Below, in pieces: positions 11,377 to 19,683 of a stretch of 64,000 nt of DNA. Each line of letters starts with the position of its first letter. Position 1 is the first letter of the stretch. The translations under genes were made by a program, and so were the position numbers. The DNA is from a virus. The notes under the pieces were generated by a model. The model had not been told where the DNA came from, ran no database searches, and saw nothing but the letters and a program-made list of their open reading frames with translations. The DNA lies in the IMG/VR virus record IMGVR_UViG_2537562057_000004; one strand, written 5' to 3'.

Positions 11377-11399
11377 CTTGATTATGTAACGAAATCAAG
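11377..11399 (+). promoter_or_regulatory. UmuDAb-type SOS box upstream of umuD
   Basis: CTTGATTATGTAACGAAATCAAG palindrome; resembles the Acinetobacter TTGA-N3-TGTAAC-N4-TCAA site (recalled). Confidence 0.7.
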
Positions 11400-11407
11400 G
11401 AGTAACT

Positions 11408-11908
11408 ATGAGCATTATCCCCAATTCCATTATCGAAATTAAACCACATCTCAATGCTGGCAAGGTATTGAGTGAGGTTGAATCCATAAAATTAGTTTCA
11501 CCTACTACTTTTTTTTCAATACCTTTAGCTATAGAAAAAGTTTCAGCTGGTTTTCCCTCTCCTGCTCAAGATTATGTTGATCGAACTCTCGACATGAATG
11601 AGCACCTAATTAAAAATGAAGAAGCAACATTTATTGTTAGAGTGGCATCACTTTCGATGCTTAACGCTGGCATTGATATTGATGATGAGTTGATTGTTGA
11701 TCGTAGTCTTGATGCTAAACATAACGATATTGTTGTTGCACTTATAGATAATGATTTTACTGTTAAACGCTTAATGATTGATGAAAATGAGCGTTGGTTA
11801 AAAGCTGAAAACCCAGATTATGATGATATTCATCTTCATGACGGGCAAGAACTAATAATTTGGGGTGTAGTTACTTATATTCTAAAAAATACAAGAAAAA
11901 AATCATGA
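11408..11908 (+). CDS. umuD: DNA polymerase V subunit UmuD
   Basis: [12 protein letters not shown] cleavage region, SLSM and FTVKRL catalytic Ser/Lys. Confidence 0.93.
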   Translation: MSIIPNSIIEIKPHLNAGKVLSEVESIKLVSPTTFFSIPLAIEKVSAGFPSPAQDYVDRTLDMNEHLIKNEEATFIVRVASLSMLNAGIDIDDELIVDRSLDAKHNDIVVALIDNDFTVKRLMIDENERWLKAENPDYDDIHLHDGQELIIWGVVTYILKNTRKKS

Positions 11909-13203
11909 GACATGAAGATAAAGTCTTTTTTCTCATAGATGTAAATAACATGTACGTCTCATGTGAACGAGTCTTTAATCCAAGTTTAAACAATAAACCA
12001 GTCATCGTTTTGTCAAATAACGATGGATGTGCCGTTGCGCGCAGCAATGAAGCAAAAAATTTAAATATAAAAATGGGGGTGCCATTATTCCAGATCAGAG
12101 ACATAGTAAAAAAACACAATGTTATTGTTCTCTCTAGCAATTATGAACTTTACGCTGAAATGTCGCGCAGATTTCATAAGATTCTTGCATCGTATGTAAC
12201 TGATGAAGAAGTTGAGAAATATTCAATAGATGAGTGTTTTGTTGATTTTTCAGCTTATGAAAAAAATTTTGACCTAGAAAAGGTCGCTCAGGATATGCGC
12301 CTAAAAATATGGAAATGGATTGGTTTGCCCGTGTGCGTAGGTATTGGTCGCAGCAAGACGGAGGCAAAGATATCCAATCATATAGCTAAGAAAAATCAAG
12401 GCTTTAACGGCGTTTGCGATCTCGTAAACATGGATCCGTGCAATAAAGAATATTACTTTGCTCAAATAGATGTGAGTGAAGTCTGGGGGGTCGGCCGTAA
12501 ACATGCAAAAAAGTTGCAAAGCATGGGAATTAATACAGTGCTTGATCTAGCTTGTGCTGAACCACGTGAAATGCAAAAACGCTTTTCTATTGTTATGGCT
12601 CGTACTATTAACGAGCTACAAGGCATCTCTTGCCTAGAAATTGAAGACACTCCGCCATCTAAAAAGCAAATTATTAAGTCATGTTCTTTTGGTGCGAAAG
12701 TTACCGAACTTATTGACCTACAAGAAGCAATAGCCATGCATGCACAAGAAGCATGTAAGAGATTGAGAGATGATGAATCATTATGCGGCTGTCTTATTGT
12801 TTTTGTTCAATCAAGTCCTTTTGATGAAAATGTACCGTTTTATAACAAGTCAATAACCGGCTCATTTTCACAACCAACAGATTGTGCGTTAGATTTCGTA
12901 AAAGCTGCAACAAAAATGCTATCTCACATTTTTAAAGAAGGTATTAAGTATAAGAAGTGCGGTGTGATACTAACTGGGCTAGAACCCAAAACAGGTCACA
13001 CTTATGACCTGCTCACAGATTTCGAAGCTATAGAAAAGAAAGAACAATTGATGAAAACACTAGAGAACGTACACACAAAATTCGGAAAGAAAAAACTCGG
13101 TATAAGTTCGTGTTATGTACCAGGTCGCAACTGGTCAATGTCACGAGACAAATTAACTAAGAATCCATTTAAATGGGATGAACTACCTTTAATAACTAAA
13201 TGA
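11905..13203 (+). CDS. umuC: DNA polymerase V subunit UmuC
   Basis: [35 protein letters not shown] overlap with umuD gives start 11905. Confidence 0.94.
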   Translation: MRHEDKVFFLIDVNNMYVSCERVFNPSLNNKPVIVLSNNDGCAVARSNEAKNLNIKMGVPLFQIRDIVKKHNVIVLSSNYELYAEMSRRFHKILASYVTDEEVEKYSIDECFVDFSAYEKNFDLEKVAQDMRLKIWKWIGLPVCVGIGRSKTEAKISNHIAKKNQGFNGVCDLVNMDPCNKEYYFAQIDVSEVWGVGRKHAKKLQSMGINTVLDLACAEPREMQKRFSIVMARTINELQGISCLEIEDTPPSKKQIIKSCSFGAKVTELIDLQEAIAMHAQEACKRLRDDESLCGCLIVFVQSSPFDENVPFYNKSITGSFSQPTDCALDFVKAATKMLSHIFKEGIKYKKCGVILTGLEPKTGHTYDLLTDFEAIEKKEQLMKTLENVHTKFGKKKLGISSCYVPGRNWSMSRDKLTKNPFKWDELPLITK

Positions 13204-13259
13204 GCAATTTTTTGCTCACTTTCGAAGGATTTTATCAATTTTGAGCAATTTTTTGCTCA
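13201..13259. repeat. Two identical 18-bp palindromes TGAGCAATTTTTTGCTCA
   Basis: Exact copies at 13201-13218 and 13242-13259. Confidence 0.85.
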
Positions 13260-13356
13260 TTTTTCTATCAAAAACTTAAATGAAATTTCCATTTATTCGA
13301 CTAGATTAATATTTATGATTATCTAAAATAAGCTAACCTCAGAAATACTCAAAGTT

Positions 13357-14055
13357 ATGAATCAAAAAATTAAAGTTTTATTAATAGATACTATTGGTTG
13401 GATTACTTCCATTTGTATCATATTTTTCTTTTTCACTCTTTGGTTATATTCCTACAATCAAATTGATAACCCATTAAAAGAAGCTTGGTCCCTAATGGTA
13501 AGCATACTTTCAGCTTTAGCTACTATTGGGGCAGCAATAATTGCAGCTAGTTTATTTAATGATTGGAGAGATTCTCAAACAGGCTTAAATAGATCTGAAC
13601 TTGCTAGAAATACACAAACATCTTTATATAAACTTGTAAGTTATCTTGATTATTATCATAAGTATGTAATGACACAAAAACATTTATGGAACTCAAAAAA
13701 CTTCCTAGAGATTAGTAAAAATTTAATCGATCAGGCAGAAAAAATACCTAACGAATGTGAAGAAAGAAGAAGTATATTTCGCAATGAATGCGAAGAGCTC
13801 TATAAACAATTTCTGATCGATTTAAAGATTTATGAAAAGACCTTCGACTCCGATCTTAATCTAGATTTAGATCGAATCCGACATTACAGAGGATGTATTG
13901 GAGGAATGCTAAGAGACCTATCACAATCAAAATCAGCTTTTGAATTAAATGCAATGACAAATCATCTAAAGAATTCCGAAAAACTATTTAATAAAGAAAT
14001 ACTTGATATAGTAACTTCTGAAATGTCTCAATATATTAATTTAAAAGTAAAATAG
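13357..14055 (+). CDS. Hypothetical membrane protein (2 N-terminal TM helices, helical cytoplasmic domain)
   Basis: 232-aa ORF with hydrophobic segments, followed by a terminator. Confidence 0.7.
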   Translation: MNQKIKVLLIDTIGWITSICIIFFFFTLWLYSYNQIDNPLKEAWSLMVSILSALATIGAAIIAASLFNDWRDSQTGLNRSELARNTQTSLYKLVSYLDYYHKYVMTQKHLWNSKNFLEISKNLIDQAEKIPNECEERRSIFRNECEELYKQFLIDLKIYEKTFDSDLNLDLDRIRHYRGCIGGMLRDLSQSKSAFELNAMTNHLKNSEKLFNKEILDIVTSEMSQYINLKVK

Positions 14056-14077
14056 TATTTTTATAAATACTAAGCTT

Positions 14078-14105
14078 TAAAAATCCTCAATTGAGGATTT
14101 TTTTT
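14078..14105 (+). terminator. Intrinsic terminator
   Basis: AAAAATCCTCAATTGAGGATTTTTTT. Confidence 0.7.
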
Positions 14106-14125
14106 ATTACTTTTACCCAAATATA

Positions 14126-14381
14126 GGCTTTGTTGCATAAAGCCTTTGAAGGTAAAGTTTTCCTAAGTTGCTAAAATTTAGGTTACAACTTGGGTATGAG
14201 GTCTGCCTAATTCTGTAAATTTATTTAATACGGCTACACGTGCATGGATCTCATTCACTTGGCTGTCAAAATTCCTTGAGTAGAGTTTATCGCCTAATAA
14301 TTTGATGCAATGCATCTTGGTTTCGACCAAACTTCGCCGATGATAACCAGACCACTTTTTCCAAAGGGCTCTTCCTAGACG
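14126..14381 (-). mobile_element. IS5 family (IS903 group) right-end remnant
   Basis: IR GGCTTTGTTGCATAAAG at 14126; transposase C-terminus WKKWSGYHRRSLVETKMHCIKLLG...ELGRPHT; remainder deleted. Confidence 0.85.
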
Positions 14382-14604
14382 GAGGTCGATAAAATCACGG
14401 ATAAGCGAAAACGTGAGCTTCTTCAAATGAATATATATATGATTTTGAATGACTATGATAAAGCGCATGCTTTAAATGATAAGCAGCTTGCACAGAAACC
14501 AAATGACACAGCACGACTTACATTTAGATGTCTGATCCTAGCCAAAATAATGGACAGTACTTCCCTCTAAAGATAACGTAACGTTAACTTTGGAGATCCA
14601 AGAA

Positions 14605-14898
14605 ATGGCCAAACGTTTTAGTGCTGAATTTAAACAGCAAGCAATTGATTATGCACTTTCAAACTCACACGAGCCTATAGCTGCAATCGCCCAGAAATTA
14701 GGTGTGGGTTATTCAACTTTAGACAAATGGATTCGTGAAACCAATCCAGTGGGTTCAAGCAAACGTCAACTTTCACCAGAACAACAGCGGATCTTGGAAT
14801 TAGAGAAAGAAGTCAAACAGCTCAAGGAAGCCAATGACATCTTAAAAAAAGCGCATGTGTACTTTCTAACAGATCATGCCAAGAAAAGTACACGGTAA
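14605..14898 (+). CDS. IS3 transposase OrfA (HTH)
   Basis: MAKRFSAEFKQQAI...LEKEVKQLKEANDILKKA; A7G slippery site at 14844-14851. Confidence 0.9.
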   Translation: MAKRFSAEFKQQAIDYALSNSHEPIAAIAQKLGVGYSTLDKWIRETNPVGSSKRQLSPEQQRILELEKEVKQLKEANDILKKAHVYFLTDHAKKSTR

Positions 14899-14912
14899 TT
14901 CAAGATCTAGAT

Positions 14913-15764
14913 ATGAATGAAGTCACGGTATCTTCTGCCTGTAAATACCTAGGTGTCAGCACTTCAGGCTATTATGCCTGGCGAAAACGTCAGGCCAATA
15001 CGGTAGAGAAATATAATGATTTAAAAGCCGTATATTGGCAGCATCATGCACGATTGGGTGCACCTTCATTGGTACATGACATGCATGATTTAGGTTACAG
15101 CATGAGTGAACGCACTGTTGGAAGAATGCTGAAAAATCTGGGTTTACGCAGCAGGATTGCGCGTAAATACAAGCATACGACTGATTCAAACCATCGTTTG
15201 CCTACAGCACCCAATCTGTTAGAGCGTCAATTTACAGTCATTCAGCCTAACAAGGTTTGGACAACGGATATTACCTATATCCGTACCAAGCAAGGTTGGC
15301 TGTATTTATGTGTGATGCTGGATCTATTTAGTCGTCGTATCGTGGGGTGGCAAACCAGCCATCGAATAGACCGCCAGTTGGTGTGTGATACGTTTAACTA
15401 TGCAATGGCTCGTCAGGGTTATCCAACTGGTGTTATGGTTCATTCGGACCAAGGTTCACAGTACTGTAGTCGTGATTTTAGAGCGCTGTTACTGACAAAT
15501 GATTGTACTCAGAGTATGTCTAGACGTGGAAACTGTTGGGATAATGCAGTGACTGAAAGCTTCTTTCATACATTGAAAGGTCATGTGGTCCATGGCAGTG
15601 TGTTTGCCACTCGAAAAGAAGCGAATGCTGTCTTGTTTGACTATATTGAGATTTATTACAATCGGGTCAGAAGACATTCTGCAAATGGCTGGTTAAGCCC
15701 TGAAGCCTTTGAGAAGAAATATTTTAAGAATTTAGAGGGATTTGTTGTCCACGATACTGTCTAG
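14913..15764 (+). CDS. IS3 transposase OrfB (DDE integrase core), normally fused to OrfA by -1 frameshift
   Basis: WTTDITYI, HSDQGSQY, GNCWDNAVTESFF, YYNRVRRHS. Confidence 0.93.
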   Translation: MNEVTVSSACKYLGVSTSGYYAWRKRQANTVEKYNDLKAVYWQHHARLGAPSLVHDMHDLGYSMSERTVGRMLKNLGLRSRIARKYKHTTDSNHRLPTAPNLLERQFTVIQPNKVWTTDITYIRTKQGWLYLCVMLDLFSRRIVGWQTSHRIDRQLVCDTFNYAMARQGYPTGVMVHSDQGSQYCSRDFRALLLTNDCTQSMSRRGNCWDNAVTESFFHTLKGHVVHGSVFATRKEANAVLFDYIEIYYNRVRRHSANGWLSPEAFEKKYFKNLEGFVVHDTV

Positions 15765-16040
15765 GATCAGTCAGTTACTTTCACTACAAGGGAAAGAAGC
15801 CACTTCGATTAATAGGTGCTATGACTATGTGGCAGAGGTTCTAAAAGTAGAGCTGAACAAACCAGAAAATAAGAAGGACCCAAATTATAAGCAAGCTGAA
15901 TTTTCATACTTACTTGTAAAGTATAAAGCTGGGCACCTTGAATACAAAGAGAAAATGAGGAAATTCATTGATAGTACAAATGATGAAGCTCTAAAAGCCT
16001 CTTTACAAACTGTCTACGATGCAGAAATAAATAATTAATT

Positions 16041-16070
16041 AAAAAGCCCTGAATATTCAGGGCTTTTTTT
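16041..16070. terminator. Bidirectional intrinsic terminator
   Basis: AAAAAGCCCTGAATATTCAGGGCTTTTTT between convergent genes. Confidence 0.8.
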
Positions 16071-16164
16071 AAAGTGCTTTAACGCAAATAGATACGTTTA
16101 CATTGCTATTGATTGTATGTGCCGTACAGCCACATAAAAGAAAGCTTAGTAATAGTAACTTCAT
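16069..16164 (-). CDS. 31-aa lipoprotein ending the lysis cassette (spanin-like candidate)
   Basis: Manual translation MKLLLLSFLLCGCTAHTINSNVNVSICVKAL; lipobox LCGC; TAATG overlap with endolysin stop. Confidence 0.7.
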   Translation of the reverse strand: MKLLLLSFLLCGCTAHTINSNVNVSICVKAL

Positions 16165-16934
16165 TATGCTTCAGTAACTCTAATTGCTGTCACGCCACTT
16201 AATTGCGGTAAGTTGTAACGTTTGCTAGCTGGTTGAGTTGTACGACCATACCATCTGAATTCTTGAAAGTCAGAGTCATTATAAAGTGCATAACAAACTT
16301 TATTAGACTGATTGCCTCCAAGGCATACTAACTTTCCAGACTTTTTGTCACGGCCAACTACAAAACAAACATGCCCACCACCCTTTCGAGTTTTAATAGC
16401 TACACAACCGTAAGCGGGTTTAGCTAATTTTGTACCATAATTCACATAATCCAATGCACGGTACCAATGCTTAGGATAAGCAATTCCAGCTGATTTCAAG
16501 CAATGTGCAACGAAGGTCCCACACCAAGCCGTTTCATCGTCAGCCCACCAAGCCTTTAGCTCCGAGAGCCATTTTAAAATAGTTGGGTTATGCTGTTTAC
16601 CAGGTATTTCTTGAAGGCCAAGATGCTTTTTTGCTTCTGCAATCCAAGCTAATTCATTAGGCTTTGTTGGTGTTGGGATATTCAATAAAGAATTGATCCC
16701 TACTAACTGGCCTGTTAATTGCGGGCCATTAAGTCGTGGTTGAGAAATTTTCTTTCCAATCCATGACAGAACAAGCATCAAAGTACCAGTAACAAATGCA
16801 TGATATTTTTCAGGAATAACTTCATAATCAACACCCCATTGTAGTGCTGGCAATAAAATTAGCATGATGAATGCACCTACGGCGGGTAACTTAACAGATA
16901 GATACTGCCAAGCATTGTTTTCAATTAACTTCAT
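16164..16934 (-). CDS. Endolysin (TIGR02594/NlpC-P60-like Cys peptidase) with N-terminal 2-TM domain
   Basis: WIAEAKKHLGLQEIPG, DDETAWCGTFV, GGGHVCFVVG, LGGNQSN; hydrophobic residues ~12-60. Confidence 0.85.
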   Translation of the reverse strand: MKLIENNAWQYLSVKLPAVGAFIMLILLPALQWGVDYEVIPEKYHAFVTGTLMLVLSWIGKKISQPRLNGPQLTGQLVGINSLLNIPTPTKPNELAWIAEAKKHLGLQEIPGKQHNPTILKWLSELKAWWADDETAWCGTFVAHCLKSAGIAYPKHWYRALDYVNYGTKLAKPAYGCVAIKTRKGGGHVCFVVGRDKKSGKLVCLGGNQSNKVCYALYNDSDFQEFRWYGRTTQPASKRYNLPQLSGVTAIRVTEA

Positions 16935-17218
16935 TCATCTTTCCTCTTTCGTAAATTATCTTGCTCTAGAGCTTCTAAAGCTTTGATTCGTAATTCGCTT
17001 TCTTTTTCACGTAATTCACTTTCTTTACGTTCTCTGCGGTCACGTCTCCACTGAAAAATGAAACTTATGAATAGGCCAACAACAGCCACTATTGCACCTG
17101 TATAGCTCAACCAATTAATTGAAGTTAAAGAACCAAATGCGCTTGCTAAACCACTCCAGAAGGTAGTTTTATTAGCAAAAGTTGTGACAGTGACTTCAAT
17201 TGCCTGATGATCAGACAT
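16931..17218 (-). CDS. Holin
   Basis: Short TM protein with basic C-terminal tail directly upstream of the endolysin. Confidence 0.75.
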   Translation of the reverse strand: MSDHQAIEVTVTTFANKTTFWSGLASAFGSLTSINWLSYTGAIVAVVGLFISFIFQWRRDRRERKESELREKESELRIKALEALEQDNLRKRKDE

Positions 17219-17247
17219 GACCTATTCCCCACGTTTCATTTGTGGTT

Positions 17248-17288
17248 ATTTTTGCAAGTGTTGTTGTTCTAATTGGAGTAAGGTTCCA
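17248..17288 (-). promoter_or_regulatory. Putative late promoter (lysis)
   Basis: TGGAAC-N29-AAAAAT. Confidence 0.65.
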
Positions 17289-17341
17289 AACACAAAGCAC
17301 GAAAAAAAAGCCCGAATTACTCAGACTTTTCTATGTGAAAA

Positions 17342-17635
17342 CTATCTGCCTCTACTTGCTAGGGCATTTAATCCTTTAATGACTTCTTGACCTAATTTTA
17401 AGAATACGTTGTGACGTTCAATTTCGTTTTCTAAATACTTCTTGCGGTTTTCCCATGCAGATGAATTGAAGTAAGTACTTTCAAAACTCAAAGGCATTTT
17501 TAAAGCATCTGATAAAGGCATTGGGCAGTTTTCAGAAATACTACTTGCTGTCTCAAGCAAAAGATCGGTCCAACTCTTTGATGATTCCGGTAAAGATGGA
17601 AGCGGTGCGAAATCGTGCAGGCGCGTCATCTGCAC
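17342..17635 (-). CDS. Small ORF overlapping upstream gene, possible tail-chaperone frameshift extension (start uncertain)
   Basis: Overlaps 17553-18293 in another frame; followed by terminator. Confidence 0.4.
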   Translation of the reverse strand: MQMTRLHDFAPLPSLPESSKSWTDLLLETASSISENCPMPLSDALKMPLSFESTYFNSSAWENRKKYLENEIERHNVFLKLGQEVIKGLNALASRGR

Positions 17636-18251
17636 CTCTTTCCACTAAAATACCGTAGTTATCAACGCTTAACCGTAAATGAGTAAATAACTCATTGTTT
17701 AAATTATTAAAGTCTTGATAGCACAAATCAAAATCACTAGCTGGCATTTTCTTAATGAAATCTAGCCGCTGCTTAAATTGTTCTTCAAATAATTGAGGAT
17801 TTGTTCTATCCGGCAATAAAGCTAAGTGCTCATGATTAGAATAACTCAACTGAAAAGCCATCATGCAGGCAATCCATTCAGCGACATTCTTACAATTTGC
17901 CTCTAAGAACTCCACTTCCATTCCAATAAGCTGTCTAACTGTAATTCCATTTTGAGTAGTTTCAGTTTTCCAATTATTTTCTGATTGAAGGAAAACTTTA
18001 GACCAGTCTGTGTTCACCTCCAACATAGTATTACTTTGTTTTTCAAGATACTTCAGCAGCAGTAAATATCGTTCTTGAATAGTTAAAACCAAAGGATCAA
18101 ACACACTATCTAAAGCTGATTTAAGAAAAGCTGTAAGTCTTTTTTCATTTAAATTCGGCGCAATGATTGAAATTTTAAGACACTGCTCAAAACTCAATTC
18201 TTGCATTTGAAAAGTACTATCGCCTATTGGCACCGGATCAAATGTAATCAT
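17553..18251 (-). CDS. Phage tail/baseplate assembly protein (hypothetical)
   Basis: ORF; likely start MITFDP, TAATG-coupled to upstream gene; late operon context. Confidence 0.55.
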   Translation of the reverse strand: MITFDPVPIGDSTFQMQELSFEQCLKISIIAPNLNEKRLTAFLKSALDSVFDPLVLTIQERYLLLLKYLEKQSNTMLEVNTDWSKVFLQSENNWKTETTQNGITVRQLIGMEVEFLEANCKNVAEWIACMMAFQLSYSNHEHLALLPDRTNPQLFEEQFKQRLDFIKKMPASDFDLCYQDFNNLNNELFTHLRLSVDNYGILVERGADDAPARFRTASIFTGIIKELDRSFA

Positions 18252-19063
18252 TATTTGACTCCATACAATGAGTAAATATCTTTCGAATCCCATGCAGTTC
18301 GACTCAACAAACTAATATTGACGGCCAAACTTAACCGGTTCCCCTTTTCATCAATGGGCGCGACAATTGGCGCGGAAACGCTTTCAATAATGAAAGGCTT
18401 ATAAGTTTTGCCGTGAGTAGTAAGAGATACAAACGGTGGAATGACACCTGAAAACAAGCCTTCTAAAGTAGTATTTGAATCATTGACAACATTCTGCAGT
18501 GTAGACTCAGAAGATAATGAAACTGGCACACTCCAAGCCTCCAATTGCATGATCTTGTCTTCAACTTCTGTTCTCGCATCACTAAAAGCCAAGAAAAAAA
18601 TTGATAAATTAAGGCGTACTGATGATGTAGATAGGAATACTTGAGTTGTATTTACTTTGGTTAAATTTGTTCGCCCTTCCACACTCTTAAGCGCATTTTC
18701 AGCTGTTGCTAAAGGTCCTGATACCATATCGCTTAATGCTGAAATAAATGGTGAATTTTCGCCTAGAGTAGCTGCAGCTTGAAGCATTTGCCCAGTTTGC
18801 AAGTTAGCCATTAACATAGGCATTTTTAGTTCTGGATTGCTATTTTCAAATGGAGTTTGCCATTGGCTCTCAATACTTTTGTCGCCGTCAGTCAACAAAG
18901 CACGAATTACTGGTGATGCTACTGGGTTTCCATCTTTATCACAAAGAGAAAATTCAGCATATTTATGCTTTGAAATTGAGCCATAAAAAGGATCTGATTC
19001 AGTACTGGGTAACTTAGTTTTTGCTGTATTAACAGCTGGTGCGTATGCTAAAGCTTTGGACAT
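18251..19063 (-). CDS. Phage tail tube initiator/baseplate-like protein
   Basis: C-terminal PFVSLTTHGKTYKPFIIESVS...LAVNISL tube-like fold signature; own late promoter. Confidence 0.55.
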   Translation of the reverse strand: MSKALAYAPAVNTAKTKLPSTESDPFYGSISKHKYAEFSLCDKDGNPVASPVIRALLTDGDKSIESQWQTPFENSNPELKMPMLMANLQTGQMLQAAATLGENSPFISALSDMVSGPLATAENALKSVEGRTNLTKVNTTQVFLSTSSVRLNLSIFFLAFSDARTEVEDKIMQLEAWSVPVSLSSESTLQNVVNDSNTTLEGLFSGVIPPFVSLTTHGKTYKPFIIESVSAPIVAPIDEKGNRLSLAVNISLLSRTAWDSKDIYSLYGVK

Positions 19064-19092
19064 AAAAAAGTCCTACCATAAATGATAGGACT

Positions 19093-19133
19093 ATTATTAA
19101 GGTTCTATTAATTAGTTTTTCAAAGTGGTTCCA
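19093..19133 (-). promoter_or_regulatory. Putative late promoter
   Basis: TGGAAC-N29-AATAAT followed by RBS hairpin. Confidence 0.7.
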
Positions 19134-19136
19134 TGT

Positions 19137-19568
19137 TTATTTAATTTCACCATATGCTTTATAAATTGCTGCAATCCCCTTCTCGTTATTTAAGAATTTT
19201 ATTAATTCTAAACTATAAAAATCACCAATTGGTTTCATAAGTTGGAATGTTGAAGGTATTGAAAAATATACATTCAATCTGTCGTTATAAGTACTGCATG
19301 TAAATTTAAATAATTTAACAGACTGTAATTTGATAGAGTTATAATTAAAAATTGCTGTACATTGTTGTATAGAAGAAACCTTAGAATATTGTTGTAAATG
19401 AAAAATGAAATTTTCTAAACTAGTAGGCAAATCCGCCTCTGTAATATCTATCCAATCTACTAGTTTGAGGCCCAAATTAATATCGTCTTTACAAATATAT
19501 TCATCTACACCATCTAATTTAAACCAATTTTTTTCCGAAATCATATCTTGAACTTGTTTAAGTTTCAT
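19137..19568 (-). CDS. AT-rich hypothetical moron protein
   Basis: 143-aa ORF between a terminator and a late promoter. Confidence 0.6.
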   Translation of the reverse strand: MKLKQVQDMISEKNWFKLDGVDEYICKDDINLGLKLVDWIDITEADLPTSLENFIFHLQQYSKVSSIQQCTAIFNYNSIKLQSVKLFKFTCSTYNDRLNVYFSIPSTFQLMKPIGDFYSLELIKFLNNEKGIAAIYKAYGEIK

Positions 19569-19683
19569 AAAAAGTACCTTTATTTTATTAAGTGTTTGTA
19601 AGGTTAATTAATAATGGTTAATTCTTTTTTTTCAATAGAATAAAAAAAATACGCCCATTATGAGCGTATTTTTTAACCGAATC

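Larger units (their letters stand above)
14533..15769 (+). mobile_element. IS3 family insertion sequence, 1237 bp, 3-bp TSD GTC
   Basis: IRL TGATCCTAGCCAAAATAATGGACA / IRR TGTCCACGATACTGTCTAGGATCA; GTC at 14530-32 and 15770-72. Confidence 0.95.
14382..16038 (+). pseudogene. Helical (TPR-like) hypothetical protein, 5'-truncated at the IS5 junction and interrupted by IS3
   Basis: EVDKITDKRKRELLQMNIY...LTFRC joins in frame to QLLSLQGKE...EINN when IS3 and one GTC are removed. Confidence 0.7.

Noticed and set aside
14178..14468. 96-aa ORF as a gene
   Set aside because: Chimera of IS5 transposase C-terminus and antisense of the disrupted cargo gene
15742..16038. 98-aa ORF as intact gene
   Set aside because: Starts inside the IS3 right end; it is the 3' half of an interrupted gene
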